A DNA stretch of 64,000 nt, taken from assembly GCF_009914755.1 (NCBI RefSeq), contig NC_060926.1; one strand, written 5' to 3'. This DNA is from the human T2T-CHM13v2.0 reference genome, Homo sapiens. The notes under the pieces are model-generated. The model had not been told where the DNA came from. It was given only the letters and a program-made list of their open reading frames with translations, and searched no databases. Shown here one piece after another: positions 26,400 through 45,920 of this stretch. A program made the translations under genes and the position numbers. Every line of letters begins with the position of its first letter. Within the stretch, counting starts at the first letter, position 1.

Positions 26400-29250
26400 A
26401 ATACCCTGTGAGACGTGGGCCATGAAGTCTGCATCACTGTCACTCTAGATGAAAACCACTGTTCCAAACCAAGGAATTATTTCTTTTATTAAGGCCTTAA
26501 TGCTTCAGAAGCTCTTTTTGTCCAACAAAGAAAAGCCTCAACCCAAGGTATCCACAAACAAGAGTAGGTATTTCAAGTTACCTGCTATCCTTGACATCAT
26601 AATAAAATCAATTTGCCAGTTCTCTGTTGTTCCTTCACCCCCGGTCTGAATTCCTGTGTTAAGTGGGGAGGGCTAGTTTTTGGGTTGTTCTGGGTACAGA
26701 AGAGACATTTTTCTATAACCTTCTGAATGGTCCTGTTTATATGTGAACCAGAAACATATTTTTGTATCCATTGGAGAGTGGCATCCCTACCACACTGGGT
26801 GGAGTCATGAATACATTCAACAATGTCATTCCTAAAATATGCCGGTGCCAGAATTGTTTCTCTCTCATTGTATATCCATCCATCATGAGTCCTCTGATTG
26901 GGGTCAAAACCCCAATTGAGTGCTCTTTTTAGGTACTCATCTGAGTATATGGGAGGCTCAGGGCCACAATCTGTTTTAGGTAGCAAAGGTATCAATAGCA
27001 TTTTGGGGACTTTATCCTTACTATTTTCTTCGTGGCCTCATCTATGCAATATTGTCCTTTGCCACCAAACTATCTGTCTGCCGTTGCCCAAGGCAATGTA
27101 TTATAGTTACTTCCTGTGGGCTAAAATGGCATTTAATAGGACTAGAGTTTCTCTAGCATGTTTTGTTTGTTTTTAATTATCAGAGGTTAGTAGTCCCATT
27201 TTTTTCCAGATGGCCCCTTGAGCATGAAAAACAGAGAAAGCCTATCTAGAGTCTGCGTACATGGCCACTTGTGCTCTGTTACCTAGATGGAGGGTTCCAA
27301 TGAGGGCTCTGAGCACCGTTTTCAGTGCTAATGTTCTGGAGGGCAATGCTCTGGCTTCTATAGTCTGTCAGTGGGTTACCACCACACACCTGGCTTTCTA
27401 TTGTCCCTGGCCCATAAAGCTGTTCCTGTCAGTGAACATCTCTAGGTCTGGGCTGTCTATGGTTACGTCTGTCAGGTCTGGCCAGCAGGAATGAACTAAT
27501 TCAACTGTTTGTAGATAATTGTGCGCAAGTTCAGATGGCATTTGATGAAGGAGGGGGCAGGATTTAGAGTAGAGATGGCCTTCAGCATTACATTTGAGTT
27601 GTCTGAAAGGATGACCTGATACCTGCAGAGTCTCCCAGAGGTCAGCCAGTATCCTCCCTTCTGTTCCAGCAAGGGGAGCACACAGTGGGTTGGGTGTACT
27701 GTGGTTGGCTGGCCTGATGTAAACTTTTCTGCTTCCTGGAGAAAGTCACAAGTGGCAGCAACAGCCCAAATGCAAGGAGATCATCCTTTTGTAACAATGT
27801 CCAATTGCTTTGAGAAACAAGCAATGGGTCTTTTAATATTTCCTAGGTCCTGAGTTAACACTCCTAGGCTTATTCTTGTCTCTCAAGCACAAAGAGATCA
27901 AAGTGCTGGGGCAGTCAGCAGTTTTCCTTTGATATCAAGGAAGGTCCTCTATCAGTCTCCAGTCCATTCTAGGGGTTCATTATCTCCTCCCCACAAAGCA
28001 TTGTATAGAGGCTTTGCAATAAGTCCAAAATTAGAAATCCATATCCAGGAAAATTTGGCCATAACTAAGAAATCTCACAACTGTTGCCAGGTGGTTGGTC
28101 TGTCTGCCCTGGTGAAGGTGTCCTGCTGGTCAGGGACCAGGTTCTTCTGCCCTTGGGAGAGCTCGAACCCAAGATACTACTGCAGGCCGACAAATCAGAG
28201 CCTTTTTCTTGGATACCTTGTACCCTAGTTCAGCCAGAAAACTTAGATTCAATATAGTGTTTTGGTCAGACAACTCCTGTGTGGTACTGGCAATTAAGAT
28301 GTCATCAGCATGCTGCAATAGAGTCCCACTCTTTAATTGCAAGTCTGGGAGGTCTTTAGCAAGAATTTCCCCAAAGATGGCAGGGGAGTTTTTAAACCCC
28401 TGAGGGAGAACTGTCCAACAATACTTTTACTGTGCTTTAGTATCTAGGTCTTCCCATTTAAAAGCAAACAGTTCTTGTGACTCAGGGCTCAGGGGGATGT
28501 AAAATAAGGCATCTTTTAAATCTAAGACTGTGAACCAACTGAGTTCACCATTTGGGGATGTGAGTAAAGTATAGGGATTGGGGGCCACCGAGTAGATATC
28601 TTTTACCATTGATTGATAGCCCTCAAGTCCTGAACAAATCTATGTTTCTTAGTCCCAGGCTTCTGAACCAGCAGAATAGGCATGTTACATGAGGACTAGC
28701 AAGGCCTAATGAGTCCAAACTGAAGGAAAGCACACAGCAGAGGTTTGATGTCCCTTCTCGCTTGTTGGCTTAACAGGTATTGTTTCAAGCATGGCTACGT
28801 TGTTCTTACCTGTACCTTCACTTGTACTGGATGGCTGTTCTGGCCCTTCCTGGTCTCCTATCTGCCCATGCTTCCACAGCAACCTGCAGGGCATAGGCTT
28901 GTTCTGGAGGGTACTAAAATATTTACTCATACTGGGCTGAAAGTAACTTTGGCATTTACTTTAGTTATGAGGTCATGTCACAGCAGAGGAATGGGGCATT
29001 CAGGCATATATAAGAAGCTGTGCTTCAGGTGGGTTGGCCCAGCTGATATTCTAAGGGTTGAAGGATGGTCTCGTTAAGGTTTCTCCCAAGACCCTGGTCA
29101 CTTTAACAGTTTCTGAACAGTTTAGACAGCCAGGTATTTATCACCAAGTAACTAGCCTCAGTGTCCACCAAAAAGTCCAAAAGTTGACTTCCCACTGTCA
29201 TCATGACCTGGGACTCTATGTGGGAATATGGAGGGTGTTGCTTGGGTCAG
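26400..29250 (-). pseudogene. Degenerate gammaretrovirus-like pro/pol (RT, RNase H, integrase N-terminus)
   Basis: ORF fragments WFTVLDLKDALFYIPL..FAFKW, LLQHADDILIA, integrase zinc-finger-like IHDSTQ..CLFC. Confidence 0.85.
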
Positions 29251-29751
29251 GAGGAACCCCAGGGCCCCATAATTCCTGGTCCTTATCCTAGGTATCTTTA
29301 ACCTCAGACCTCTTGGCTATTTCAGGCATCTGGTGAACAGGGAGTGGGTTTTCCTTAACACTGTTCTTTTTACAATGTGGATAGTCTTTCCTCCAGCAGC
29401 CTATTAGCTTGCAATAAGTGCACTGCTTGGGACCTACAGTGGGGTGTCACCCTTTGTTGGTCTGGGGCTTAGTAGGGGTCCTACCTGGGATGGAGCATCT
29501 GAAGGAGATTCACACTGTGGTCCTGGGGCCTCTCGAGTCAGAGCCACAGCCAGAAGGTTAGCCTGATGTTTCACCTTTCATTGTTCCTTTTAAAAAATTA
29601 TCTGCACTGGCAAACGCTCTAAAGGCAATCTCCATTAACTGGGACAGGGACATACGCAGAGTCCCACCCATCTTCTCCAACTTTCTCCAAATGCCGGGGG
29701 CACTTTGGCTGATAAAGGTCATATTTACCATCTGTCGGTACTTCTAGATCA

Positions 29752-30163
<412 letters not shown>

Positions 30164-31438
30164 ACCTTTCTGTTTCAGCACTACTTTGCAGAGGCCAGCC
30201 AGAATACAGCTGCAGTCTTGGTAAGACTAAACCTTGATAAAGCCTTCTCCATTTATGTTCCACTCCCGGTCTAAGGTGGGTACAGCCACCTGTGCAGCCA
30301 TTCTTACCAGGTTACCTGGGACCTCGTGCATGAGACCAACCTCTTCTCTGGCCTTCCCTAGGACCATTCTCTGCTCCTCTGAGGTCAATAAAATGCAAAG
30401 GAAATTTTGTACATCTGCCCAAGGCGTGACTGGGTTGCAAATATCAAGAAAAAATCTTCCATCCTCCTCAGATTCTCCAAGTACGTGGGTACGTTATTTT
30501 TCCAACTAAACTAATTGAAGGTGGAAATGGAGAGTAGACCCAGATAAGCCCCATTGGCTGACCTGTGACAGCATCAATGCTCCCCTATAGGAATCTGCTG
30601 AAGAGGGAATTGCCTTCCCTGAGCTAGAGGGGCACTCTGGCCAAATTTGGTTTCCTGTCAGAGGTGTGGGGGTAGACCATTCCTATTGCTCCTGGCTTCT
30701 ATTCCTGCAAAGGTGGGGAGATCACAGAAGATGGGGAGATCAGGGAAGATGGGGACCCCAGCTCAGGTGCTCATAGAGCAGCCCCAGCCGCCATAGGTAG
30801 GAGGAGGAACTGAGGGCTCATTTAACCTAGCAATCAAAATGTCATCATCTTTTTCATGTGACTCAAAAAAACAGGATTTTTTCTACTGCCAGTTAGTTGG
30901 GCCACAACCTTACACCTTTACTGCATTGGTTTATTTTGCCTAAGTGCCATGAAACACTGTACATAGGAGGTCCCATCCCATTTCTCTTTCCCTTTACAAT
31001 ACAAATCTAACTCCAAGATTCTGTGGTGACAAACAGAACCCTGACAAGGCCATCATGCATTCTTAATCCCACAGGAAACTATGGCCAAGTTGTGTTACAG
31101 AGAAAACAAACTGCTTATGGGTCAGTGGGTAATATCCCCAAAATTTCCACTTCTCGAGGATACATGCCAATGGGCTCTCCACCAGTATAGCAGACATTTG
31201 GGTCCCCACACTTCTGTGTTTTTATCACAACTTTGTCTCCAATCTTCAAATAAGAGCCTCCAGTGGTTTGCAGGGACACCCCATCCATCAGATCAAGCCC
31301 AAAACAAGTTTTCCATTTTCTTGGCCTGACAGGAAGCCCAATATGCCGGAGGGTGAACTTGATGGCTTTCCCATGGGTCAAAGAAAACAGCACATTAAGA
31401 GCAGGTGCAGGCATACAAGACGGATTGAGGTATTTCCC

Positions 31439-32519
31439 TGTTGCAGGAAGTCTGGGACCCCAAATGGAGGGACCGGCTGAAGCCACAGCAGAAGAACATA
31501 AATTGTCAAGATTTCAAGGACATTTATTAGTTCCCCAAATTAATACTTTTATAATTTCTTACGCCTGTCTTTACTGCAATCTCTGAACATAAATTGTGAA
31601 GATTTCATGGACATTTATCACTTCCTCAATCAATACTCTTGTAATTTCCTATGCCTGTTTTTACTTTAATCTCTTAATCCCATCATTTTTGTAAACTGAG
31701 GATGTATGTTGCCTCAGGACCCTGTGATGATTGCGTTATCTGTACAAATTGTTTGTAAAACATGTGTATTTGAACAATATGAAATCTGGGCACTCTGAAA
31801 AGGAACAGGATAACAGCGATTTTCAGGGAACAAGGGAGATAACCATAAGGTCTGACTGCCTGTGGGGCTGGGCAGAACAGAGTCATATTTTTCTTTTTAC
31901 AGAAAGCAAATAGGAGAAATATCACTGAATTCTTTTCCCAGCAAGGAATAACCCAGGGAAAGGACTGCATTCCCAGGGGAGGTCTACGGACTGCCACTCT
32001 GGGAGTGTCTGCCTTATGCAGTTGAAGACAAGGGATGAAATACGCCCTGGTCTCCCGCAGTGCCCTCAGGCTTGCTAGGATTAGGAAATTCCAGCCTGGT
32101 GAATTCTAGTCAGACAGGTTGTCAGCTCTCAAACCCTGTTTCCTGTTAAGATGTTTACCAATGACAATGCATGCCCAGTGGGACATGGAACCTTATCAGT
32201 AATTCTAATTTCGCCCTGGCCTTGTGATCTTGCTCTGCCTCTCTGCCCTTGTGATCTTTTATTGCCCTTTGAAGCATGTGATCTTTGTGACTTACTCCCT
32301 GCTCGTACCCCTCTCCCCTTTTGAAATTCCTAATAAAAACATGCTGGTTTTGCGGCTCACAGGGCATCACGGAACCTGCCAATATGTGATGTCACCCCCG
32401 GAGGCCTAGCTGTAAAATTTCTCTCTTTGTACTCTTTCTCTTTATTTCTCAGACCGGCCGATACTTAGGGAAAACAGAAAGGACCTACGTTGAAATATTG
32501 GGGGCTGGTTCCCCCACTA
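31439..32519 (+). mobile_element. MER11 (HERV-K HML-8) solo LTR
   Basis: tgttgcaggaagtc.gggacccc start, ggggctggttccccc end, ~1.08 kb. Confidence 0.88.
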
Positions 32520-33170
32520 TAAAACAGCATATTAACAGCAGCTGCAGGCATACAAGAGGGATTGAGGTATTCCCCCAACTGCCACATAGCACCTTATAAC
32601 CACCCTCCCAAAGTGGATTCTGGAACATGCGTTCCCACTCTTGATCTCACTATGGAAACCTCTTCACTGTCCAACAGTAGCCATAAGAGGGCGGGCGCAA
32701 CCAAGGTGGGGGCCACAGTCAAAGCAAAGCAGCTACCACCCCACCACCCACACCTATCTACGGACAGGACAGGTTGAAAGAAACTCTCCAAAAATAAATT
32801 TTAGATTCCCAGAAAGGCAGAGAATACACACAGAACAGTACACAGACGTTAGTTTCTTTGCCAGGGCCCAAATATTGACCTGGCAAGACTAAAATTTGAC
32901 CCCATTGGCCCCTATCATCTTTGATCCACTCAAGGTGGGGAGGGATGACCTCTGACCAAGAATTCAATTTGTTAGTATTACAAAGCCGGTCTGATTCCCA
33001 GGTAAGAAGGAGATTTAGGGAAAACACTATATCATCTTTGTTTCAAAGCTAAACTATAAATTCCTCCTATAGTTATCTCAGCCTATGCCCAGGAATGAAC
33101 AAGGGTGGCTTGGAGGTTAAAGGTAAAATGGAGTTGGTTATGTTAGATCCTTTTCACTCTCTTTTGCGTG

Positions 33171-33171
<1 letters not shown>

Positions 33172-33207
<36 letters not shown>
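33172..33207. repeat. (TG)n microsatellite
   Basis: Directly visible. Confidence 0.95.
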
Positions 33208-33209
<2 letters not shown>

Positions 33210-33239
33210 TCTAGCTACATAAATCCTAAACCTGGGTTT

Positions 33240-36557
<3,318 letters not shown>

Positions 36558-37626
36558 TAAACCTGGGTTTTTGAAGGATAAAAACCTCTGGGCGAGATGC
36601 AAGAGCAACGGTCACCCTGAGTTAGGCCTGCTGGACTTCTCTCAGCAATTCCTTCAGGGATCCCCTCCATATATGTAAATATACAACAAAGTAATGACAA
36701 AGAGAAGGCTTTCCAAACCACAATTCCAGACCAGATTTCAAACCAGAAGAGCATTTCTTTAAACATGTTCCTTATTCTTCATCCAGCTGGGGAGAGATTG
36801 CCACAGACTGAGACTCTTCTTACAATTCCAGGAAGAGCTGGCTAGTCCCTGTGATGGGGACACAGGTAAATCTAGAGAGGTCAGAAGATCAGGAGAACAA
36901 AGAAGGTTTTGGCAGCACCTGGAATACTCACCAAACCAGGTTATAAGATGTCTTTGAGGAACTATGTCTCCATTGCAATTAGATCCTTGCACTCTGGGTT
37001 GGCAGCAGCCTGCCGGCAGAGACAGCACCAGAGGCAGCCCTTAGTCCAAGAGAACTAAGCAGCCACTTGGATTGGCCTGTGGACCTGAAACTGGTGAGGA
37101 ACTGCCAAACCATAAACAGATGTCCACAAGAGGTATCCCAGACGATCTCCCAGATTTGTAACTGAACACTGGATTCTCCTTGCCCACTGCCCACATAAAG
37201 ACAATTTATCAAGACAAGGGAATCGAATAAGGAAAGAGTTTAATGCACACAGAGCTGGCTAAAGGGGAGAATTGTTTTATTACTCAAATCAGTCTCCCCC
37301 AAAATTCAGAGATGGAGTGTTTAAAGATAATTTGGTGGATAGGGAGTTAAGGAGTGGGAGGGCTGATTAGATGGGTTAGAGATAAAATCATAGGAGGTTC
37401 CAGGTGGGTTCTTGCCATCCTGTTCCTGGGTGGGATCATAGAACTGGGTGAACCAGATTACTGATCTGGTTGGTGCCAGCTGGTGCATCAGAATACAGGG
37501 TTTCAAAAATATCTTGAACACTTTTACAAACACTGATGTTATTTCTAGGAGCAACTGTGGAAGTCAGGAATCTTGTGGCCTCTAGCTACATAACTCCTAA
37601 ACCTAACCTTGTGGCTAATTTGTTAG

Positions 37627-38113
<487 letters not shown>

Positions 38114-38599
38114 ACTCTCATTTTTGCAAATGCAGTTTTAACTTAATCATTTTCAGCTGGCAATTTCCAGTGACTGCCTCAGAACTCCCTAGCTGGGTTA
38201 TTATTTTAGAAATGATTCTCAGTGGTACAGCCTAGAGACCATTTTAGTCTATTTTGTTTACATTTAATCAATCTCCTTAATTAAATCTCTTCATGCCAAT
38301 AATATCTACAGTGGTTTCTATTTTATGCATCAAACTCTGACCAATATGGCCATCCACCCAAAGAAAATGTTATAAGATCTGGGAAATCGAAAGAGAAAAT
38401 ATGTAGACAAAAGGTAATGTTGCCTTCTTCCAGCTAATTCTGAATTCAAAGTACTTTTACTGCTTTTAAGATCAACTTGATTATTCAAGATATGTCCAAT
38501 AAGTTCATATCGCAGTGAATTCTGTTTCTTCTTTTTTCTAAATCTCTAAGAAGGGTGAAAATATGCGTGTACATTACTTAACTAAAAAATAATAAATGG

Positions 38600-39440
<841 letters not shown>

Positions 39441-39703
39441 TCCCATCAAAAGAAGCAATCAGGAAATGAGAGGAATAAAAGTAAAGTGTAAAGAATCATT
39501 ATTCTTCAAGTTTTAAAGAATGTCACATTTCGTGAATTGAAATGTGGTTATTAAATCCCACCAACAAATTCCAGAAAAATTTAAAAATCTTCAGTTAGTA
39601 GAAATGTGTAAGTACAATAAAAGAAAGTATTTCCAGTGTGCAGAATATCAAAATTGGTGATGAATGGGTATGGTTTTTATTTGCCTAGCAGCCTGTGATG
39701 CAG

Positions 39704-39748
<45 letters not shown>
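39704..39748. repeat. (TG)n microsatellite
   Basis: Directly visible. Confidence 0.95.
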
Positions 39749-39751
<3 letters not shown>

Positions 39752-42700
39752 CTGCCTCTCTACTTATTCCCAGTTTCCAGGAGTGGAAACATGGTCCAAC
39801 CCCAGCCAAAGAGAGACTATCCTGGCGCTTTTCAAAACTGACTTGGAAAGAAGTGCTCACTACCAAGGTTTTGCTCAGCTAGGACTACTGAAGCCTGGTG
39901 CTACTCTGTCCATCCGTCATTATGAGGAAAGCAGACACCAAGGAAAGCAGAGCTGAAATAAGGAAAGGAAGCAAAGTGAGGGCAGTACACATTCTGGTGC
40001 TTTAGGTCCAACATAACTGAAGAATTTCCAGTGACACTGATAGCACAGGAGTCAGATAAATGCCTAGGGAGATGGGGTGGGTTGCGGGGAAACCCCACCA
40101 TCATGACAAAGACAGTTTAAAGCCTGAAAGCCAAGCCACAAGTCAAACCCACAGACTGGATTGAGAACCTGTCTTCCCACTTGGTGCACTGGCCTCTGAT
40201 CACCAACCTTCAACTATTTTACATATACTTACCCTTCCCCAATTGGTTTTTTACACAGCCATGCACACCTTTGAGTGATGCCTTTGTTTTGAACTTTTTG
40301 CATACTCACAAAACAATCAGCATGCACTCCCCTATTCTGAGCCCATAAAAGCCCCAGACTCAGCCACACTGGGAGAGAAACCACCCAATTTGGGGTGGGG
40401 TACCACCCCTGCATCCCCTCTGCACTGAGAGCCATTATGTTGCTCAGTACAATTCTTCTACACCCTCCTCACCCTTCAATTGTCAGAATATCCTCATTCT
40501 TCTTCAATGCAGAACAAGAACTCGGGAACCACCAAATGCAGGTATGAGCTATAACACAGCCATATGTGCAAGTCAGGCACAGACTGGGTGCGCTGAGGGG
40601 GCAGGTCACCTCCTGCAGCAGGTAGTATGCCCAAACGAGGCCTGGGCGGGGGGGGGGGGGGGGTCACCAACAGGAGGTCCCTGCTGGCAAAATGACTGAG
40701 AAAAATCCTGCATCATTTTCTGGAAGCTCATCCAGGATCATCAGAAGGGTGAGTAAATGTGGACCTATGATGCTTCTCTTTTTCCCAAGGTTTCTCATCC
40801 TCAGACTATCTTCTGAAGGCAGATGAAGCACCAATCCTCTGATTAGCCAATTAAGGGCAAATGGTGCAGCTACAGAGCAATGCTGGGGAGGAACCTGCCA
40901 CACTCACCCCTGCTCTGTTGCACTCGGGTGTAGGGAATCCTGGCTTTTTTTCCCTTCACAAAGGTCTTGCCATCATCAGGGATCAGAATAAGGTCCTGGG
41001 GCAACTGAAGGCATCCAGCCAAGGGCACACCTTGATGTTGCCTGAAGTTCCCAGACCAGCTCCAGTTCCCAACCACCTGTTAGGGTGTCAACCAAGACTT
41101 TGCTGTGGCATTTCCCTTCTTTCTTTCATGGATTGTAATGGCTCCTATCTCTTCTTTTATAACATTAAGGGTGCTGTTGCAAACTACAGAGATATTACTG
41201 GGTAGGATGGGTACATGGCCCAGTCATAAAAATGTAATTCAGAACAATGTGGTTTCCATCTATTCTTGGAGGCAGCGAGGAGGCAGTGATTAAGAGTTTT
41301 TTTTCCCCATTGAAGGAACTCATTTGCATAAGAGCAAGAGGCTTTTTCCTCCAGGTGCCTACCCTTTCCTTGACTTAATCTGTTTTTTTTTTTTGTCGTT
41401 GTTTCACCATGTCAGGAGTTAACACAGACCTGCAAATACAGAGAGCTTTCCTATGCGAGAGGTTTTTTTTTCTTTCTTCCTTTTGGGAGGCACCTTACTG
41501 GGCCACATCCCCAAATCTTGGGACTCCCTTTCTCTCCCTTGTTAGAGGAGGATGTGGTTCCACAGCTTCACCTTAGCAGTCTGCAGAGAAACAATGGCAG
41601 AGAAACAATGGAGGAATGGCCCAGGCTGCCACTGCCAGTCACTGACTGCAGTTTTGCAAGGCCCACATGGGAGTCAATTTAATGAGTCCATGCACCCTCC
41701 CGGGGCACTTTGTTATCCCAAACTCAATTCCAACCTTCAGGTTGAAGCCCCAGAAAAGAAAACTAGGTCTTAGATCAGACAACAGCAGAAGTCTAGGGGC
41801 ACAGCACAGGCAAGTACGACTAATTCCTGCCAATTAGGCACCTCCCCCCAGCTTCATGGAAGGAGGTTATGTGTGTATCCAAGGCATAAATGAGGTCTAG
41901 GGGACTCGAAGGTTACCAACAGCAAGAGGACAGGCCAGTGCAGATATTCCTACCCTCTAGGCTTCCCTGCTACATGGGTGAAGGCCATATTGGGACCCAT
42001 GGGCAGCACCTGTCAAGGTTGGTGAAACGTGGGGCTACAAGGATGGAAGAAAAAAGGGGATGCACTTTTTTTCCTCTCCCACATGTACCCTGGGTACTTG
42101 CTGGAAAGAGAAATTAAGGGATGCCTTTTTCCCCTCTTTCCAGATGGGTAAAAACCATTTTCAGTCTGTACTTCTCTCCAGTGCATCCTGAATCATTGGA
42201 ACTCCTTTGAAAAAAAAAAAAAAAAGCCTTTTTTCTGTTTCCTTGTCTGTCCTCCCTTTGTGGATGGTTAATCGTGTCTCCATACCACAGGAACCTCCCA
42301 TTCACATGTATCCCCAAACTGGGATAAGTATAATTTCCCGAAACCTTAAACTGTTTGGCCTAAAAATGAACCAGGAAGAAATTACAGTTCTAACCGAAAA
42401 ATCTCTTGAAGAAGGACAACATCTACAGTATGTAGATAACCTCTCTGTCTGCTTCCCCTTCACAGGACTCCAGATAGGACTCCATAGCTCAGGGGAAGGG
42501 AACTCAGAAATCTGACATGCTGGCAGAAGGGTAAAAGTTCTTACCAGTGACACTTCCAGCGTCCCTCTCTCTGTAAAAACAGGATGAATGAATGGTAAAA
42601 CAAAAAAAGAAAAAGAAAAAGAAAAAAAAATCAATGTTTATATAATCTGTAAAGATTTGATTAATGGAAAAAAAGATTTGTGAGGCTAGTCTTAACCTGT

Positions 42701-42886
42701 AGCTAATCTGGTATACATTGTGTCTTTCTGTATAGTTCTGTCATAAGGTGGAATACCTTAGAATAAAACCTGGGCTTAGGATCCCATAAGCCTGCTGTTC
42801 AAGCAGGCCAGAAAACTGGATAGTTACAAACTTTGCTACAGGTCTCAGAAGAAAAACAAAAACAAAAACAAAACAACACTGGATGA

Positions 42887-43331
<445 letters not shown>

Positions 43332-43414
43332 CTATCTGTGTAACTTTTACATTGACTTATTCTGTTCTCATCCATCCACAACTTCTAGCTTCCTTTTTTA
43401 AATCTTCCTTTCTG

Positions 43415-45375
43415 CCTCTGCCTCTGCCTCTCCCTCTCCGTCTCCCCACGGTCTCCCTCTCCCTCTCTTTCCGCAGTCTCCCTCTGATGCCGAGCCGAAG
43501 CTGGACTGTACTGCTGCCATCTCGGCTCACTGCAACCTCCCTGCCTGATTCTCCTGCCTCAGCCTGCCGAGTGCCTGCGATTGAATGGTTTTCATATTTT
43601 TTTTGGTGGAGACGGGGTTTTGCTGTGTTGGCCGGGCTGGTCTCCAGCTCCTAACCGTGAGTGATCCGCCAGCCTCGGCCTCCTGAGGTGCCGGGAGTGC
43701 AGACGGAGTCTCGTTCACTCAGTGCTCAATGGTGCCCAGGCTGGAGTGCAATGGCGTGATCTCGGCTTGCTACAACCTCCACCTCCCAGCCGCCTGCCTT
43801 GGCCTCCCAAAGTGCCGAGATTGCAGCCTCTGCCCGGCTGCCACCCCATCTGGGAAGTGAGGAGCATCTCGGCCTGGCCGCCCATCGTCTGGGATGTGAG
43901 GAGACCCTCTGCCTGGCTGCCCAGTCTGGAAAGTGAGGAGCGTCTCTGCCCGGCTGCCATCCCATCTGGGAAGTGAGGAGCGCCTCTTCCTGGCCGCCAT
44001 CCCATCTGGGAAGTGAGGAGCGTCTCTGCCCGGCGCCCATCGTCTGAGATGTGGGGAGTGCCTCTGCCCCGCCGCCCCGTCTGGGATGTGAGGAGCGCCT
44101 CTGCCCGGCCGCGACCCCGTCTGGGAGGTGAGGAGCGTCTCTGCCCGGCCGCCCCATCTGAGAAGTGAGGAGCCCCTCCGCCCGGCAGCCGCCCCGTCTG
44201 AGAAGTGAGGAGCCCCCCCGCCCGGCAGCCACCCCGTCTGGGAAGTGAGGAGCGTCTCCACCCGGCAGCCACCCTGTCCGGGAGGGAGGTGGGGGTCAGC
44301 CACCGCCAGGCCAGCCGCCCCGTCCGGGAGGGAGGCGTGGGGGTCAGCCCCCCGCCCGGCCAGCCGCCCCATCCGGGAGGGAGGTGGGGGGGTCAGCCAC
44401 CCGCCCGGCCACCCGCCCCGTCCGGGAGGTGAGGGGCGCCTCTGCCCGGCCGCCCCTACTGGGAAGTGAGGAGCCCCTCTGCCCGGCCAGCCGCCCCGTC
44501 CGGGAGGGAGGTGGGGGGGTCAGCCCCCCGCCCGGCCAGCCGCCCCGTCCAGGAGGGAGGTGGGGGGATAAGCCCCCCGCCCGGCCAGCCGCCCCGTCCG
44601 GGAGGTGAGGGGCGCCTCTGCCTGGCCGCCCCTACTGGGAAGTGAGGAGCCCCTCTGCCCGGCCAGCTGCCCCGTCTGGGAGGGAGATGGGGGGGTCAGC
44701 CCCCCGCCTGGCCAGCTGCCCTGTCCGGGAGGTGAGGGGCGCCTCTGCCCGGCCGCCCCTACTGGGAAGCGAGGAGCCCCTCTGCCCGGCCACCACCCCA
44801 TCTGGGAGGTGTACCCAACAGCTCATTGAGAACGGGCCAGGATGACAATGGCGGTTTTGTGGAATAGAAAGGGGGGAAAGGTGGGGAAAAGATTGAGAAA
44901 TCGGATGGTTGCCGTGTCTGTGTAGAAAGAAGTAGACAAGGGAGACTTTTCATTTTGTTCTGTATTAAGAAAAATTCTTCTGCCTTGGGATCCTGTTGAT
45001 CTGTGACCTTATCCCCAACCCTGTGCTCTCTGAAACAAGTGCTGTGTCCACTCAGGGTTAAATGGATTAAGGGCGGTGCAAGATGTGCTTTGTTAAACAG
45101 ATGCTTGAAGGCAGCATGCTCCTTAAGAGTCATCACCACTCCCTAATCTCAAGTACCCAGGGACACAAACACTGCGGAAGGCCACAGGGTCCTCTGTCTA
45201 GGAAAACCAGAGACCTTTGTTCACTTGTTTATCTGCTGACCTTCCCTCCACTATTGTCCTATGACCCTGCCAAATCCCCCTCTGCGAGAAACACCCAGGA
45301 ATGATCAATAAAAAAATAAATAAATAAAAAAATAAATAAATAAATCAATAAAAAATAAAAAATAAATAAATAAAT
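43415..45375 (+). mobile_element. SVA retrotransposon, near full length
   Basis: CCCTCT-type hexamers, Alu-like domain, GC-rich VNTR ~43830-44810, SINE-R, A-rich tail, 15-bp TSD aaatcttcctttctg (43400-43414 / 45376-45390). Confidence 0.97.
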
Positions 45376-45636
45376 AAATCTTCCTTTCTGTGAGCCACAT
45401 TTAGAGATTCTAGATTTTTAAAAAACTGCTTAACATCTCTTTGAAAATAATTCATAATACTTGTGGTTAAGTCATAACCTTAGTTGAGGTTTGTTAGTTT
45501 CACCTGTGAGGTTGCTTTTGGTAAAGTTCAAAAGCCAGAAATATTGGCGGCTTGACCAACTCAAGTAATAAGGGATTTGAAAATATTTTTTAAAAGAGCA
45601 CCATGGTTAAAAGTCAGCTTATATTAAAAGTGGAGA

Positions 45637-45920
45637 GGCTGCGTGTGGTGGCTCACGTCTGTAATCCTAGCACTTTGGGAGGCCGAGGCGGGTAGATTGC
45701 ATGAGCTCAGGAGTTTAAGACCAGCCTGGCCAACATGTCAAAATCCTGTCTCTACTACAAACACAAAAAATTAGCTGGGCATGGTGGCATGCACCTGTAA
45801 TGTAAGCTACTTGGGAGGCTACCTCTTGAACTCAAGAGGTAGAAGTTGCAGTGAGCTGAGATTGTGCCACTGCACTCCAGCCTGAGCAACAGAGTGAGAC
45901 TCTGTCTGAAACAAAAAAAA
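45637..45920 (+). mobile_element. AluS-like
   Basis: Alu sequence. Confidence 0.88.

Noticed and set aside
43715-44845. Many overlapping 60-200 aa ORFs
   Set aside because: They arise from the stop-poor GC-rich SVA VNTR; the repeats are not a CRISPR array or a gene
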